A DNA stretch of 64,000 nt from Podarcis liolepis. Its lineage: Eukaryota. The DNA lies in assembly GCA_965112155.1 (NCBI GenBank), contig OZ218100.1; one strand, 5' to 3'. Under the pieces are notes generated by a model, which searched no databases, was not told where the DNA came from, and saw only the letters and a list, made by a program, of their open reading frames with translations. Of the stretch, positions 12,971 through 24,704 are shown in pieces. The stretch's first letter is position 1. Every line of letters begins with the position of its first letter. Made by a program: the position numbers and the translations under genes.

Positions 12971-13359
12971 AGTAAACGTAAAAAGGTAAAGGACCCCTGG
13001 ATGGTTAAGTCCAGTCAAAGGCGACTATGAGGTTGTGGCGCTCATCTTGCTTTAGGCCGAGGGAGCCTGCGTTTGTCCACAGACAGCTTTCCAGGTCATG
13101 TGGCCAGCATGACTAAACCGCTTCTGGTGCAACGGAACACCATGACAGAAACCAGAGCGCACAGAAACACCACTTACCTTCCCGCCACAGCAGTACCTAT
13201 TTATCCACTTGCACAGGCATGCTTTCAAACTGCCAGGTTGGCAGGAGCCTGGGACAGAGCAACAGGAACTCACTCCGTTGCGGGGATTCGAACCGCCGAC
13301 CTTCCAATCGGCAAGCCCAAGAGGCTCAGTGGTTTAGACCACAGCACCACCCGCATCCC
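12971..13359 (-). mobile_element. Sauria SINE, full length
   Basis: Minus strand starts GGGATGCGGGTGGTGCTGTGG, has B-box GGTTCGAATCC and an (ACCTTT)-type tail; 11-bp TSD TAGTGAAAACA at 12960-12970 and 13360-13370. Confidence 0.9.
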
Positions 13360-13735
13360 TAGTGAAAACAGGGTGATGGACTAGATGGGCTATTGGGCTG
13401 ATCCAGCAGGGCTTGTCTTATGTGCTTATGACATAAAAAGCTTAGTTTGCTTCACTCACCTAACTTATGATGATGTTTTAGCTGGTATGCCCCCAAAAGC
13501 AGATGTAGAATTGGGTCTGGTGCATAAATGCAGCACTACTTACTTCAGAAACATTGTTTTAGGATGCATCTCCTGTGTTGTTCAAAGTGAATTCTGCTGT
13601 TTACAAAACTGAGATACTGGCATGATCCACCCGTCATACAAAATGTCACCTGCTTTCCTTAAGAGTGTGTGGGAAGGGCTCCATGCTAAACTAACAGAGC
13701 ACGATAAGAGATGATGGTGGTGTTTTGTTTTGCAG

Positions 13736-13848
13736 GAACACTGCGCTGCTGATGTGGAGCCAATTACCTTGGAAGGCGGCAAGCAATTTGGCCTCTCAAG
13801 GAACAGTCATATTGCAGTTGCATTTGATGACACCAAAGTTAAGAATAA
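13736..13848 (+). CDS. LAMA2: LAMA2 exon (start of LG4): EHCAADVEPITLEGGKQFGLSRNSHIAVAFDDTKVKN
   Basis: ttttgcag| acceptor, |gtatgt donor; 113 nt; KQFGLSRNSHIA motif. Confidence 0.95.
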
Positions 13849-14955
13849 GTATGTTCCATACTTTTGAGATGATATGGTGGTGAAACTCACTGTGGCAGAG
13901 TAGTATGGGATGAGTAATGCTGGGCATGCTTTTAGGCAGGACAGCCACAATTGAAGGAGCTGTACAAGTTTCTCTTCATTTCATGCTGCACAAAATGACC
14001 GTTTGAAATGTTCTTGCTCTAAAATTCAGCTCAACAACGTTAGATGCTACATTTAGCAAGAATTCCATGTTAGACTTGAAGCTCCTTTCCTAAATCAGTG
14101 TAGCTCTTTAATATGTGTCTCATTCCTGAAAAAGCCCAACAGAGCAAAAATAATAATAAAGCAAAAGTGCCAAGGAGACAGAATTAATTGGTCTATATTT
14201 AGCAAGTCACAGACAAGAACATTTCTGTGTTGCTGGAAGTCACTAATTTCCTAGAATTATTTAAACTGCAATCTATGGGCACTTAAAGCTGCAATCCTAT
14301 AGACACTTAATCCTAAGAATTATTAAAATCAACGGGAATTGTTTCTGGGGAGATATACACAGGATTACACTATTAAGAATCTTTTTTACAGTAAATATTT
14401 TGAAGTATGAATTTACACATTTACATATAAACTGATATTTAGAACATCAGTTTCACTTTCAATTATGTATATAGAAGGCAGCCTCAGAGCCTTCCATGAG
14501 TTTTTTTAAAATGTTCTTTGGGTGCTAATTATTGTTTGAATTCATCTATTTTATGTTTTTCATTAAAGGTCTGGACCCAGACTTGCTTTTGGATGATGGA
14601 ATGGCTAACCCCATTCTACTCAGAACTCACACCTATCCAGTTCAGTAAACTGAAAACCTGTTTGCTCTTAAAATGATCTATTGGCCTTTTGTGGGCAGAG
14701 GGACAAGTTTTTATCCCTTATTTTTCTGCACCACATAAAGATGATATTGTTCTAGCTCTAAATCAAGTCTATGCAGTAAGTGCATGAATACTGTATCCAT
14801 ACACCTTGGCAAGTTCAGAAATAGGAAATGGGTATCTTAGTTTTATTTGTCTTATAAATAATGTTGCCTTTAGCAATGTTAGTTTTATGACGAAGAGTGA
14901 AAGATAAAGCAGATTAATGCTTCCCGACTTTGTGGTCTTTTCCCCAAATGTATAG

Positions 14956-15145
14956 ACTTACCATTGAATTTGAAATCCGAACTGAGGCTGAAAATGGGTT
15001 GCTCTTCTATATGGCTCGGATCAATCATGCTGATTTTGCCACCGTTCAAATAAAGAATGGCTTTCCATACTTCAGTTATGACCTGGGCCATGGGAACACC
15101 AGCACAATGATTCCTGAGAAAATCAATGATGGCCAGTGGCACAAG
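14956..15145 (+). CDS. LAMA2: LAMA2 exon (LG4): LTIEFEIRTEAENGLLFYMARINHADFATVQIKNGFPYFSYDLGHGNTSTMIPEKINDGQWHK
   Basis: tatag| acceptor, |gtatga donor; 190 nt; lies in ORF 14930..15151. Confidence 0.96.
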
Positions 15146-15850
15146 GTATGAAGCAATGATGGTCAGCACCTATAGCATTAGGTTGTGTGTGGAACGGGGA
15201 GGGGAATCCCAAATGAGGAAGCACTGTAGAAGGAATAGATTGGATCGAATCTTAGCTGTCCATAAATGGAATGACTACTTCTGACATTTTTGACCCATTG
15301 AAGGGATGGATCCCATTGGCAGAAGCGGATAGTATTCCCCCCCCCCCCCGTCCAACCCTCTCTCTGGAGCAGATTCCTGGACGTTGCCTGGGACTATAGG
15401 GGAAGGTGGGATTGGCAGGAAGCTGTCACCAGTTTGAGCAAAGTCTGGATCCAAATCAAGCAAGGCAGCAAAACGAGATACATAGGGTTTATTCAAACAC
15501 AAATGTCATGTGTACTGCAAATGTTGCTATTCACCAGAAGTCTTAGTTGTTAGCTTCCGATTGGCTTCTGTTGAGAGCAGAATGCTCAGCCAGTTTCGCC
15601 CCTGCCTGCCTGCTTGCTCGCTTGGATTAATGTGTTTTCTAAAAGAGCAAACAGTACTATTCCACACCATCACTAGTATTTCATGGAACATAAGACTATC
15701 AATAGCTATTAGCCACTGCCAGAGTGAGGGTGCCTCTGAATACCACAAGTCAGGAGAATGTTGTCATAAAAACTCTGTTATTATGATTGCTTATGCAATG
15801 TCTTACAAATACATGCCATTTTCCTAAGCACCTCAGTCCTCAGAATATAA

Positions 15851-16010
15851 CAGTGCAATCCTAAGCATGTTTGTCAAAAGCAGACACCAATAGACCTTAC
15901 TTCTGTGTAGGATGTCAGTCTAAGGGTGCAGAACTATAGTCACCTCAAAGCAAATCACAGGGAATATTGTGGAACTTATTTCTGAGTAAACATGCATAGG
16001 ATTGCACTGC
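15851..16010. repeat. Degenerate palindromic repeat (gcaatcctatgcatgtttactcag family); related copies near 14288-14372, 16300-16385 and 56855-57000
   Basis: cagtgcaatcctaagcatgttt ... aaacatgcataggattgcactg inverted ends. Confidence 0.55.
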
Positions 16011-16449
16011 ACACAGTAGCGAGCATTGTGGTGAGGATCACCACTCATCCAACCTCCCATAAGTTGTGTAGAGCAAGACTGGCAAGGTGGCAATGGCAAG
16101 ATTCCTTGGTTCAAACACACCACGTCAACCTCCCTGCTGCCTCCGCCGCTCTCTTCTTGTAAGCTGCGGCAAAGAGACCAACCAGCAGTCAAGTGGCACA
16201 TCGCCACCACGCCATCTGCTACTGACAGCACGCGATCCTATTAAGTGAAAAGAAGGTAACTTAGCATTCATTCAAATATGAGGGATGTTGCATCACAAAC
16301 CAAATCATATGCATGTTAACTCAAAAGTAAATTCCACTGCGTTCAATGGGTCTTGCTCTCAAGCAGTATGAATAGGATTGAAACCTAGATATAGTGGATG
16401 GCGGTGGCAGCAGCAGCAACGATGTACTAAACTTCTATCTTTTTTCCAG

Positions 16450-16605
16450 ATAAAAATATTCCGAAGCAAGCAAGAAGGTGTCCTTTTAGTTGATGGTGCT
16501 ACAAACAGGACCAGAAGCCCAAAGAAAGCTGACATTTTGGATGTAGTGGGGATGCTGTATGTTGGAGGATTGCCAATTAATTATACAACTAAAAGAATTG
16601 GTCCT
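16450..16605 (+). CDS. LAMA2: LAMA2 exon (LG4): IKIFRSKQEGVLLVDGATNRTRSPKKADILDVVGMLYVGGLPINYTTKRIGP
   Basis: tttccag| acceptor, |gtaagt donor; 156 nt. Confidence 0.96.
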
Positions 16606-17996
16606 GTAAGTAAAGACGACTTTTTGTGTTTTATAAAAAATCCTAACGCATTGTTAGTTATGTGTTCCGTGACACCACTGTCAGGCACATGGTGTAGCCA
16701 TGCTGAACAAAAGACAAGGATGAGCATTTTGCTTCTGGTGTCCTTTAAAAGACTTGAGGTACTCAGTTCAAAAACTGCATCCTTAACCTCCCCTTTGAGG
16801 CTGAGTAACGTATTCCTTTCCCAGCAATGCCCATCTGCAGGGGCTAGCAATGATGACATGGGGAACATCATTCAGGTGGTCCAAGCTGTTTCTCTGGTCC
16901 AAGGTGTGACCAGAGTGGTATGCATCCATCCATGGGGAAGCAGGTCCCAAGGTGTTCCAGTAATGCCTGAGCTGAGTCCTGTAGCTGATGTCATGGTGGG
17001 GAGTGGCACAGGTGGAAACACCAGATTTATTCTGCCATTGCATTTACACTGAGCTGACCCCATCCCCACTTCTACTTCCAAGGAAGCAGCAACAACAGAA
17101 GGTCAGGTGAGTGTTCCAGCCCCACCAATCGCTGCTGGCATCTACCCAGGAAACGTGAACAAGAGTTTCTGAGAAAAGAATCTCTACACTGCCAGTTCAA
17201 GGCCTTCGTGTCACAGAGAACTTGGTAGTAATGTGGCTGTGCTGGCCTCTCCTCCCACTATCAAGACACATTTCACAGTGGGTTGTATGCTGGGCCAGTG
17301 AGTGACCTCCTTAAGTTACAACCCAGCCTTCACACCAATATTCCACATGTATCTTTTTTATTAAAAAAAAAATCAGCAAATGTATACGGTATTTATATAT
17401 AATGCAAAAAAATCTAAAACACAGGATAAAAATTAGAAGTGTAATTTTTGGCTGTCTTGATTGTTGAAGACAAAATAATCTATTTGCATAGGAAAAAGAA
17501 TAAATCAGTTGACAGACAGATTTATCATTGAACAGCAGAGGTTACATGGCTGCATTCTTGTCCAAGAGATGTACAAATGCTAGCAATAGTAATCTCAAAG
17601 CACACTTTTGTTATGTGGAGAATATGTTCTACCCAGGAAAAATATTACATTTTATATTCCTAATGTAATTTGGCAAGCTAATATACCACACATTTTCTGC
17701 CACCTTTGCTTAAGCTTAGAAAACTGTGACCCACATATTGTGTAATCTAAACCTTAGAATATCCTCTAAGCAACGTGATTCTGCAGAAAATTAAAGGATA
17801 TTGCCCCATTAATGCCTGGGGGTTTTTTGTATAGGAATCATGTAATCAGTCTTGTTCATTTCAGCAAGCCAAGAACAATTAATTAAAAATGCTAGCTACC
17901 CACCAATGCCATATCTCTGACTTTTTCAGTTGTGGGATGAAGGCATTTTAGATAGCTGTACATATACTAACACCACCTTTTTTCACCCTTACTCAG

Positions 17997-18150
17997 GTTG
18001 TCTATAGCATTGATGGATGCATGCGAAATTTCCAAATGACAGAGTCTCCTGTTGACCTGGATAATCCTACCTCCAGCTACAATGTTGGAAAGTGCTTTGC
18101 CAATCCACAGAAAGGAACATACTTTTCAGGAACAGGGTTTGCCAAAACAG
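17997..18150 (+). CDS. LAMA2: LAMA2 exon (LG4 end/LG5 start): VVYSIDGCMRNFQMTESPVDLDNPTSSYNVGKCFANPQKGTYFSGTGFAKT
   Basis: actcag| acceptor, |gtaacg donor; 154 nt. Confidence 0.95.
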
Positions 18151-19073
18151 GTAACGTTATGTGAGGTTTTATTCCAAAATGGAGCACCAGGGGATTGTTA
18201 CAATTGTTCTTCAGAAATCATGGTTGGGCCCTCCTAAGAAGACAGTTGCCTAGGGAGGTATGAATATATCGGAGCATAAAGGCTGAGAAGTGAAGGAGCA
18301 AAATGAAAGAAATATAGATTTTTATGATGGCCCACAGGGATTGCTACCTGTGCAAGGCTTGTTGAAATGTACTTTGTTCAACAGCAGTAATATCAGGTCT
18401 TGCAAAGGATTGTGGCTGATTAAATTTACAAAAGTTCTTTTAATAAATGAAAGAATAACAAGAGTGTCATTTAAAAGAACTTGTGCGGTTATAACTATAA
18501 ACCCCACAACAATACTAAAACATTGATATATCTGTTTAAATAATCTTATTTTATTTTATCAAAGAACATGACTTGGATTCTAACTTTCCTCCCTTGAGTG
18601 CAGCAGAATTCACATTCATGGAACAAGGCTTCCCCTGCACTCCCCTTCAGCTTCTGCACTCCCAAAATTGCATTGAACTCTTATATGAACAGAAATGTTC
18701 CTATAGTGACAGGCTTATTCAGGTGTTAACTTCACCCCCAGAGACATTCAAGACAGACTGATACCAACAGATTGTCTCTCAACACAGATGGATACCAACA
18801 TTTCATGTCCTCATCCTTTGTCTTCTACCTTGCTCGGATAGTAGAGCCCACTGAGGCCCTCAAGCCCAGGCTGAAAGCCAGTCTTCCATTGCTGGCAAAT
18901 TAACCATTTGTTGAAGGAAAGGGCTTAGGAGTTCAGTGTACCTGTGCCCCATGTATTTTCTGTTACTGTGGCAACAACATTATTACAAGTCTTTGTGTGA
19001 TGTGGAAAAAAATATTACTGGTGTTATTTCCAAGCCTCTGAACTTGACATAGCCTTTCTTCCTCACTTCTCAG

Positions 19074-19204
19074 TTGGAGCATATAAAGTAGGATTGGATT
19101 TGCGAGTGGAGTTTGAGTTCCGCACAACTCGGACAAATGGCGTCCTCTTGGGGATCAGCAGCCAAAAAATGGATGGGCTTGGCATTGAGTTGGTAGATGA
19201 AAAT
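19074..19204 (+). CDS. LAMA2: LAMA2 exon (LG5): (V)GAYKVGLDLRVEFEFRTTRTNGVLLGISSQKMDGLGIELVDEN
   Basis: cttctcag| acceptor, |gtgagt donor; 131 nt. Confidence 0.95.
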
Positions 19205-20564
19205 GTGAGTATGGAGCTATGAGAATTGTTTCAGACAATCTTCTGTTTATCAACCACTTCATGTAAACCAGCTTTACCTAACCTGCTGACTTCTAGATTT
19301 TCTGGACTCCAACTCCTGTCAGCCCTAGCCAGCATGGCAAATAGGCATTGGCAGGAGTGACTGAGGTGAGCTGGTGCTGCGTACCTGGCTTCACTGCAGT
19401 GGAGTGCTGCTGCTTACTGGGATGGGTGAGGCAGTGGGAGGATGGGAGCACCAGATTGGTGTTATGTGGCTCATCGGTTGAGCCAATCTCCCTACCACCT
19501 CATCTAGCTCCACCCAGTAAACAGCAGCCCCCGTGCTGCTGGACGGCACAGAACCACACCACCTCATTTGCTGCTCCTGGTCAAGGATATGAGAGGAGTT
19601 GTAGTCTAAAACACCTGGAGCTCGACAACAAGATTTTTGTTTTTATACCAGTACTAGGGCTAGGCGATATCATCAATATACCATTCAAAACCGGTTTGAA
19701 GTCCATATCATGGTAGGTTTCATCATTTTTGACCTGGCTATGCAAAAAAATCACGGTGTTTAGCTGAAAACCAGGTATCACCAAGGTACTCTGTACTTCT
19801 TGTTAAGTATAAAAAGGGTTTCATTTGGCATTCTGGGGTCTTTGCAGGTCAACTGAAGAAGCCCAATAGGGTGTTTACATATGGGTGTCTCTCTGACTTG
19901 CAGGGCAGAGCCTGGCTGCTCTGTCCCACTTTCACATTTAGAATATCACTTACCCAGTTTGTAGGAATAGGATAACCAGATCCCTCATGATGAAATTTCT
20001 GTTTGCCTTTCCAAACCTTATCACAGTTCTTCTAAAGGAAATTCTGCATAGAAACTATTGTGTGCCACACATTGCAGTACAGTTGACCAACTTGCAAAGG
20101 GTTTCTCTGTTAAGTTCTCACAAACGCTTGGATCATCAAATCTGCTGCTGAAACAGTATTTTGCGTCTATTACCCATTTTAGTTTGGCAGCAGTAAATTG
20201 ACAAACATTATGCCCATAATTTTGAGCTTTCCTGCCAAGATGGGTTCTAAAGCTGCAAATTAATTTCAAGTGGATCTTTGAGTACAGCACAAATTCATCC
20301 ATTTATGTTGATTAAGTATTTAAACACTGTTTTAGCTGGAGAGGATAACCAAGCCACTACTGCCTTTAATGGGTTAGGATCTGCACCATAAACATGACAT
20401 ATAACAGTCTCTGCTTTTATACCTTGTATATCAAATCATAGCTTTAAGGCAGATCCCTTCTGACAGCATAGCAGCCAGCCTTGCAATTAGCAGATTACAT
20501 TTTGTTTTGCTTTGTTTCTAGAGCTAATTGGTTTTCCTAATTGTTTCTGTAATTTGCTTGCCAG

Positions 20565-20787
20565 GTGATGTTCCATGTCGATAATGGTGCAGGTCGATTC
20601 TCTGCCATCTATGAACCTGCTGTTCCAGGTAGCTTGTGTAATGGAAAGTGGCACAGGATTATAGCACACAAGATGAAGCACCGTTTAAGTCTGACAGTAG
20701 ATGGCCACCACGTAGAAGGGATCAGTCCGAATGCAGCTTCCAGTTCAGCAGAGACTAATGATCCTGTCTTCGTTGGAGGATATCCTG
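20565..20787 (+). CDS. LAMA2: LAMA2 exon (LG5): VMFHVDNGAGRFSAIYEPAVPGSLCNGKWHRIIAHKMKHRLSLTVDGHHVEGISPNAASSSAETNDPVFVGGYP
   Basis: ttgccag| acceptor, |gtgagt donor; 223 nt; ORF 20565..20858. Confidence 0.96.
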
Positions 20788-21079
20788 GTGAGTACACAAA
20801 CTCAACATCCAGTGATTGTCAAATCGGGTTTGTTTTTTTCAATGTGTTTCATCCCTGATGGATGACCTCTGCAAAGAGCAGGACAGGGAGAGTGTGACCT
20901 GGCTCCTGATCTCTCATCAGCTTTTGATACTGCATTCACCATGGTATCCTCCTGAACTGCCTCTGTGGAATGGGAAATGGGACACTATCACAGTGGTTCC
21001 AATCCTACCTTCAAGGCAGAGTCCAGGACATAGCCTTGGGAGAGTGCCTTTCAGCCCCCTACACTATTTCCAGAGCTAT

Positions 21080-21715
21080 GTAATATCAAGCCGCTGGAAG
21101 CAGTCATTAGGAGTTTCAGGGTAGGATGGTATCAGTATGCTGATGACACTCAGCTCTATTTCTCCAGGACATCTGAGCGTGGAGAGATTGTGCAGTCCCT
21201 GGGTCATTGCTAGGATGCAGAGGTGAAATGGAAGCCGAGCTTGAATCTTGAGTAGCTCAGTTGCCTACTCCAGATGGAGTAGCACCCCCCCCAACTGACC
21301 AGGTTCATAGTTTGGTGGTGCTTCTGGGTCCAGCTGTGTCACTGGAGACTCAGCTACTGCAAGTGCCTTTTATGCATTGTGACCGGCTCAACAGCTACAG
21401 CCATTTGAGGGTCAGGAAAGCCTTCTCACAGCGGTTCATCCACTGCTACTGCAATGCACTCTGTGGAGGGCTTCTATGGCACTTGATCTTTTTTGGGTGC
21501 CTGCTAAAAACCATTCCTGTTTTTAGGCAAGCTTACCCAGATGCTTAGGAATTTGAGGTCATTTTAATCTGTTTTAGTTTTTTTTGTATATTTTAAAAGT
21601 AAGGTTGTAAATATCTGTTGATTTTATTGTTTTATGTTTTTGGAAACCCATTGAGGGTGGTGTTGTTTTAAACAATCAAGCAGTCTATGCATATTAAGAA
21701 AAATAAATAACATAA
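21080..21715 (+). mobile_element. L2-clade LINE fragment containing the RT catalytic motif
   Basis: Translates to VIRSFRVGWYQYADDTQLYFS (YADD at 21136-21147), followed by deleted/degenerate ORF2 and an A-rich tail. Confidence 0.8.
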
Positions 21716-22107
21716 AATCAGTGGAACTATCTTGTCTGGCTCCCATGCTTCATGAGGGGGGGGGGAACCAATCTGAAAAGCAACACCTGTTGGTGAAATG
21801 GGTCCAGCCAGTTTGTAGTGAATCAAAACTAACCAAAACCACCAAATGTCTGGCAGGTACACAGTTTCCTGTATGTTTAACAAGACCAGTTGGGATAGGA
21901 AACCTGTGACCTTCCTGATGTTGTTGGACTAAGATACCTAGCAGCCCAAGCCAGCAGTCGTAAATCAGGACCAACATCTGGAGGCTACAAGTTCTCCACC
22001 TGTATCTTGGGTTATAAATGAAATAAATCAATCATAAAGCTCCAATTACCCTTCTTTATACTCTATTATTTTCTATTTTTTGTCATCAATAGCCATGTTG
22101 GAGTATC

Positions 22108-23031
22108 TAGGCTCGGGCTTGGGTGATATTCCAGAGAAAGGGACTTGAAAAGCTGTGGGGGCAGACACATGGGTTGGGCAATGTCAGCTTTTCAACATCA
22201 CAGTGTATCACCAGCCAATTGTGATGATCTGGCATTGCGAAGATGTTGAAACGGAGGGAGGACAAAGCTACATTGGCCCTGGTCCCACGAGATGCTGGCT
22301 AAAATTACTGCTATTCTTGCTGCAGGAGCTGAACTGGTTTCACCCCAGTGCCTCGTGGGGCTGGGGTCAATGCAGCTTTGTCCTCCCGCCAGGCGCAAGG
22401 GCGTCTCTCCACTCCTGGAAGGTACAAGCTATGGAGAGTGGCTCCCTCAAAGTCCAGCTCGCCTGAGCAGACACCCTGCATCTGACTACCCTAGAGGAAA
22501 TACGCAGCCCACCATCTCAGGCAAAGGCAGCCAAGCACATGGAGCCTGTTAAGCTTCATTCATATGGGCAGGGGAGGGCAGCAATCCACCTGCCCTGTTC
22601 TTTGGCTCACATGGGGGGGGGGCTGCCTCCCTCAACACAGCTGCCTGCTCCTCAATGGAGAAGTGTAACAGCCCCCACCTTGCATAAGGTGGAGATACAG
22701 TACGGTCTCTGCTAGACTTCTCCGCTGAGGGACAGGAAGCTGCGCACCCCTCAATGGAGAAGTTTGAACACGATGCTTGTTCCTCCCTCCATTGTATGAT
22801 GGCCAGAGTGGGATGGTGGTATATTGCAAGTGAAACCACAACCACTCCTGAGTCCCTCTGCCACGAGTGCCCAGCTGCAGCTTGTTTCTCCTTTGGCACA
22901 CTGCACGCTGGTGGCAAAGGGATTCAGCAGCAGTGGCGGTTTCACCTGCAATACCCCACTGGGTGAAGCAGCCATTGCGCTCTGGCCCACATACCAGTCC
23001 TGGGAGATGTATTAAAACATCACCTAGGCCT
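22108..23031. mobile_element. GC-rich non-autonomous hAT-like element with internal hairpins
   Basis: Ends ggcttgggtgatat / acatcacctaggccta resemble TAGG(G/C)CTGGGCGATAT hAT TIRs; a related end lies at 19655. No clear TSD. Confidence 0.45.
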
Positions 23032-23975
23032 ATACCTAACACCCCAGAAGCTGGTGCTTATATACAGTCATACCTCGGGTTAAAGTAGCTTCAGGTTGAG
23101 CATTTTCAGGTTGCGTTCCACGGCGACCTGGAAGTAACGAAACGGGTTACTTCCGGGTTTCGCCGCTCGCACATGCACAGGTGCTCAAAATGATGTCACG
23201 CGCAGAAGCGGCAAATCGCAACCCGCAGACACTGGTTGCGTTCTGCTCAGGATGCGAACGGGGCTCCGGAATGGATCCCATTCGCATCCAGAGGTACCAT
23301 TGTACCCAGGAATCTCATCTAAATGCTGGCAAGTCAGCACATACCTGCACATGTGGTGGGAATGCCCCAAAGTTCAATCCTCCTGAGTATCAGTGCTGCA
23401 GGAAATTTCCAAAATAACAAAACAGGTAATAGACACTACTCTAGAACTAGCCTTATTAAATATCTTCCACGACAACCACACACACGACAAGGAACTCATA
23501 AGTCACTTACAGCAGCTAGAAATCCAAAGTACAAACCTAGACTTTGGAAGGGACCTATCAGGAGTGAACATAGACCACTGGTACCAAAATGTATGGGAAA
23601 CCCCCTTACTAGAGAAGTTTACCAACAAACTTAAACTAGGCACAGGGACAAGCAAAGGAGGACGCCTTCACCCTAGTATGGTTCCCCTTTATCACATACA
23701 CAGCACAACATACAAATCAGTATGGCTAGCCTGACCCAACAACCTACCCCTCCATTCAATCAATCAACCTCAGAACCCTCTAATATCTCGCATTATCAAT
23801 ATAAATACATAAACAAAGGACCTACCCACGTGATACTGACCCAAATCCCTACACTAACACTAGGCAATAGAACAAAAGAACACCACCACCCCATCTCTTT
23901 CCCCCAACCACAAGATGTCTATGACAAAAGTGTCTCCCAGTCCCACTAAATGTAAACTGAAAAAGACCATTTAAA
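23032..23975 (+). mobile_element. L1-clade LINE 3' fragment interrupted by a MITE
   Basis: With the MITE removed it reads YLTPQKLVLIYPGISSKCW...YLHMWWECPKVQ..VLQEISKIT...LTAAR..LWK, the L1 ORF2 C-terminal Cys/His region, with stops and frameshifts. Confidence 0.8.
23065..23302. mobile_element. Tigger-like MITE inside the L1 fragment
   Basis: CAGTCATACCTC / GAGGTACCATTG imperfect TIRs; TA TSD at 23063-23064 and 23303-23304. Confidence 0.8.
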
Positions 23976-24321
23976 GTGGAGACAATAGATGTGCTTTTCC
24001 CTGTTTATCTGTTAGTTTTCATTTAAAAAAAACAAGAACAATTGTAGTGTGACTTGACAAAGTTTGTCTTTTGTAAGGTATGCATTATCAATTAAATATC
24101 TGGCATGTAGCCTAAGCCATCTCCCGTCCTGGTCCCTTAGCAGAAGTATCTGCTGGATCAGAAATCCTTCCATGAGCATAAGGGCTCAATTTGATTCCAC
24201 CTGCAGCTCACATTGCTTTCTACTCATAAATGCTGCACAGAAAATGAAATATGAAGGAAATGTTTATTTTTAGAAGAGAGATCTGAATAATTACCTTCGT
24301 TTTTTCTTTCTTCCCTCATAG

Positions 24322-24479
24322 ATGGGCTGAACCAGTTTGGCCTGACCACTAACATCCGTTTCAAAGGATGCATTAGATCCATGAAGCTCACCAAAGGAAC
24401 TGCTAAACCTCTTGAGATTAACTTCAGCAAAGCCTTGGAGATAAAGGGAGTTCAGCCTCTATCTTGCCCTACAAATTAA
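24322..24479 (+). CDS. LAMA2: LAMA2 terminal coding exon: (D)GLNQFGLTTNIRFKGCIRSMKLTKGTAKPLEINFSKALEIKGVQPLSCPTN*
   Basis: Polypyrimidine tract plus catag| acceptor; TAA stop at 24477-24479. Confidence 0.96.
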
Positions 24480-24698
24480 CAGGACATCATCCGACTCTGA
24501 TATGAGCCTGACCACTTAAAACTAAAAAAAGTGCCTCAGATTTTTAAAGAATCCTATATATATACACATTACCTTCATAATAAAAAGGCCCTTTTGCAAA
24601 TATTTTGACTTCAGCCTGTTACATAGTCAAAATGGTGCTATTTCAGGGTGTTCTTCTAAAACAAAACGTTAGATGAAGAACATTTTCCCCTTGGAATG

Positions 24699-24704
24699 AA
24701 TAAA
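24699..24704 (+). terminator. Probable LAMA2 polyadenylation signal (a second AATAAA lies at 24579-24584)
   Basis: AATAAA ~220 nt after the stop, followed by a GT/T-rich element (gtgtgatgtgtcagtctttt, 24721-24740). Confidence 0.6.

Larger units (their letters stand above)
752..24479 (+). other. LAMA2: LAMA2 gene, 3' part (10 coding exons, equivalent to human exons ~56-65); gene begins upstream of the window
   Basis: Ten GT-AG exons (149,177,196,113,190,156,154,131,223,158 nt) join in frame into laminin G domains LG3-LG5 ending ...GVQPLSCPTN*, matching the recalled laminin alpha-2 C-terminus (...GVQPVSCPAN). Confidence 0.97.
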
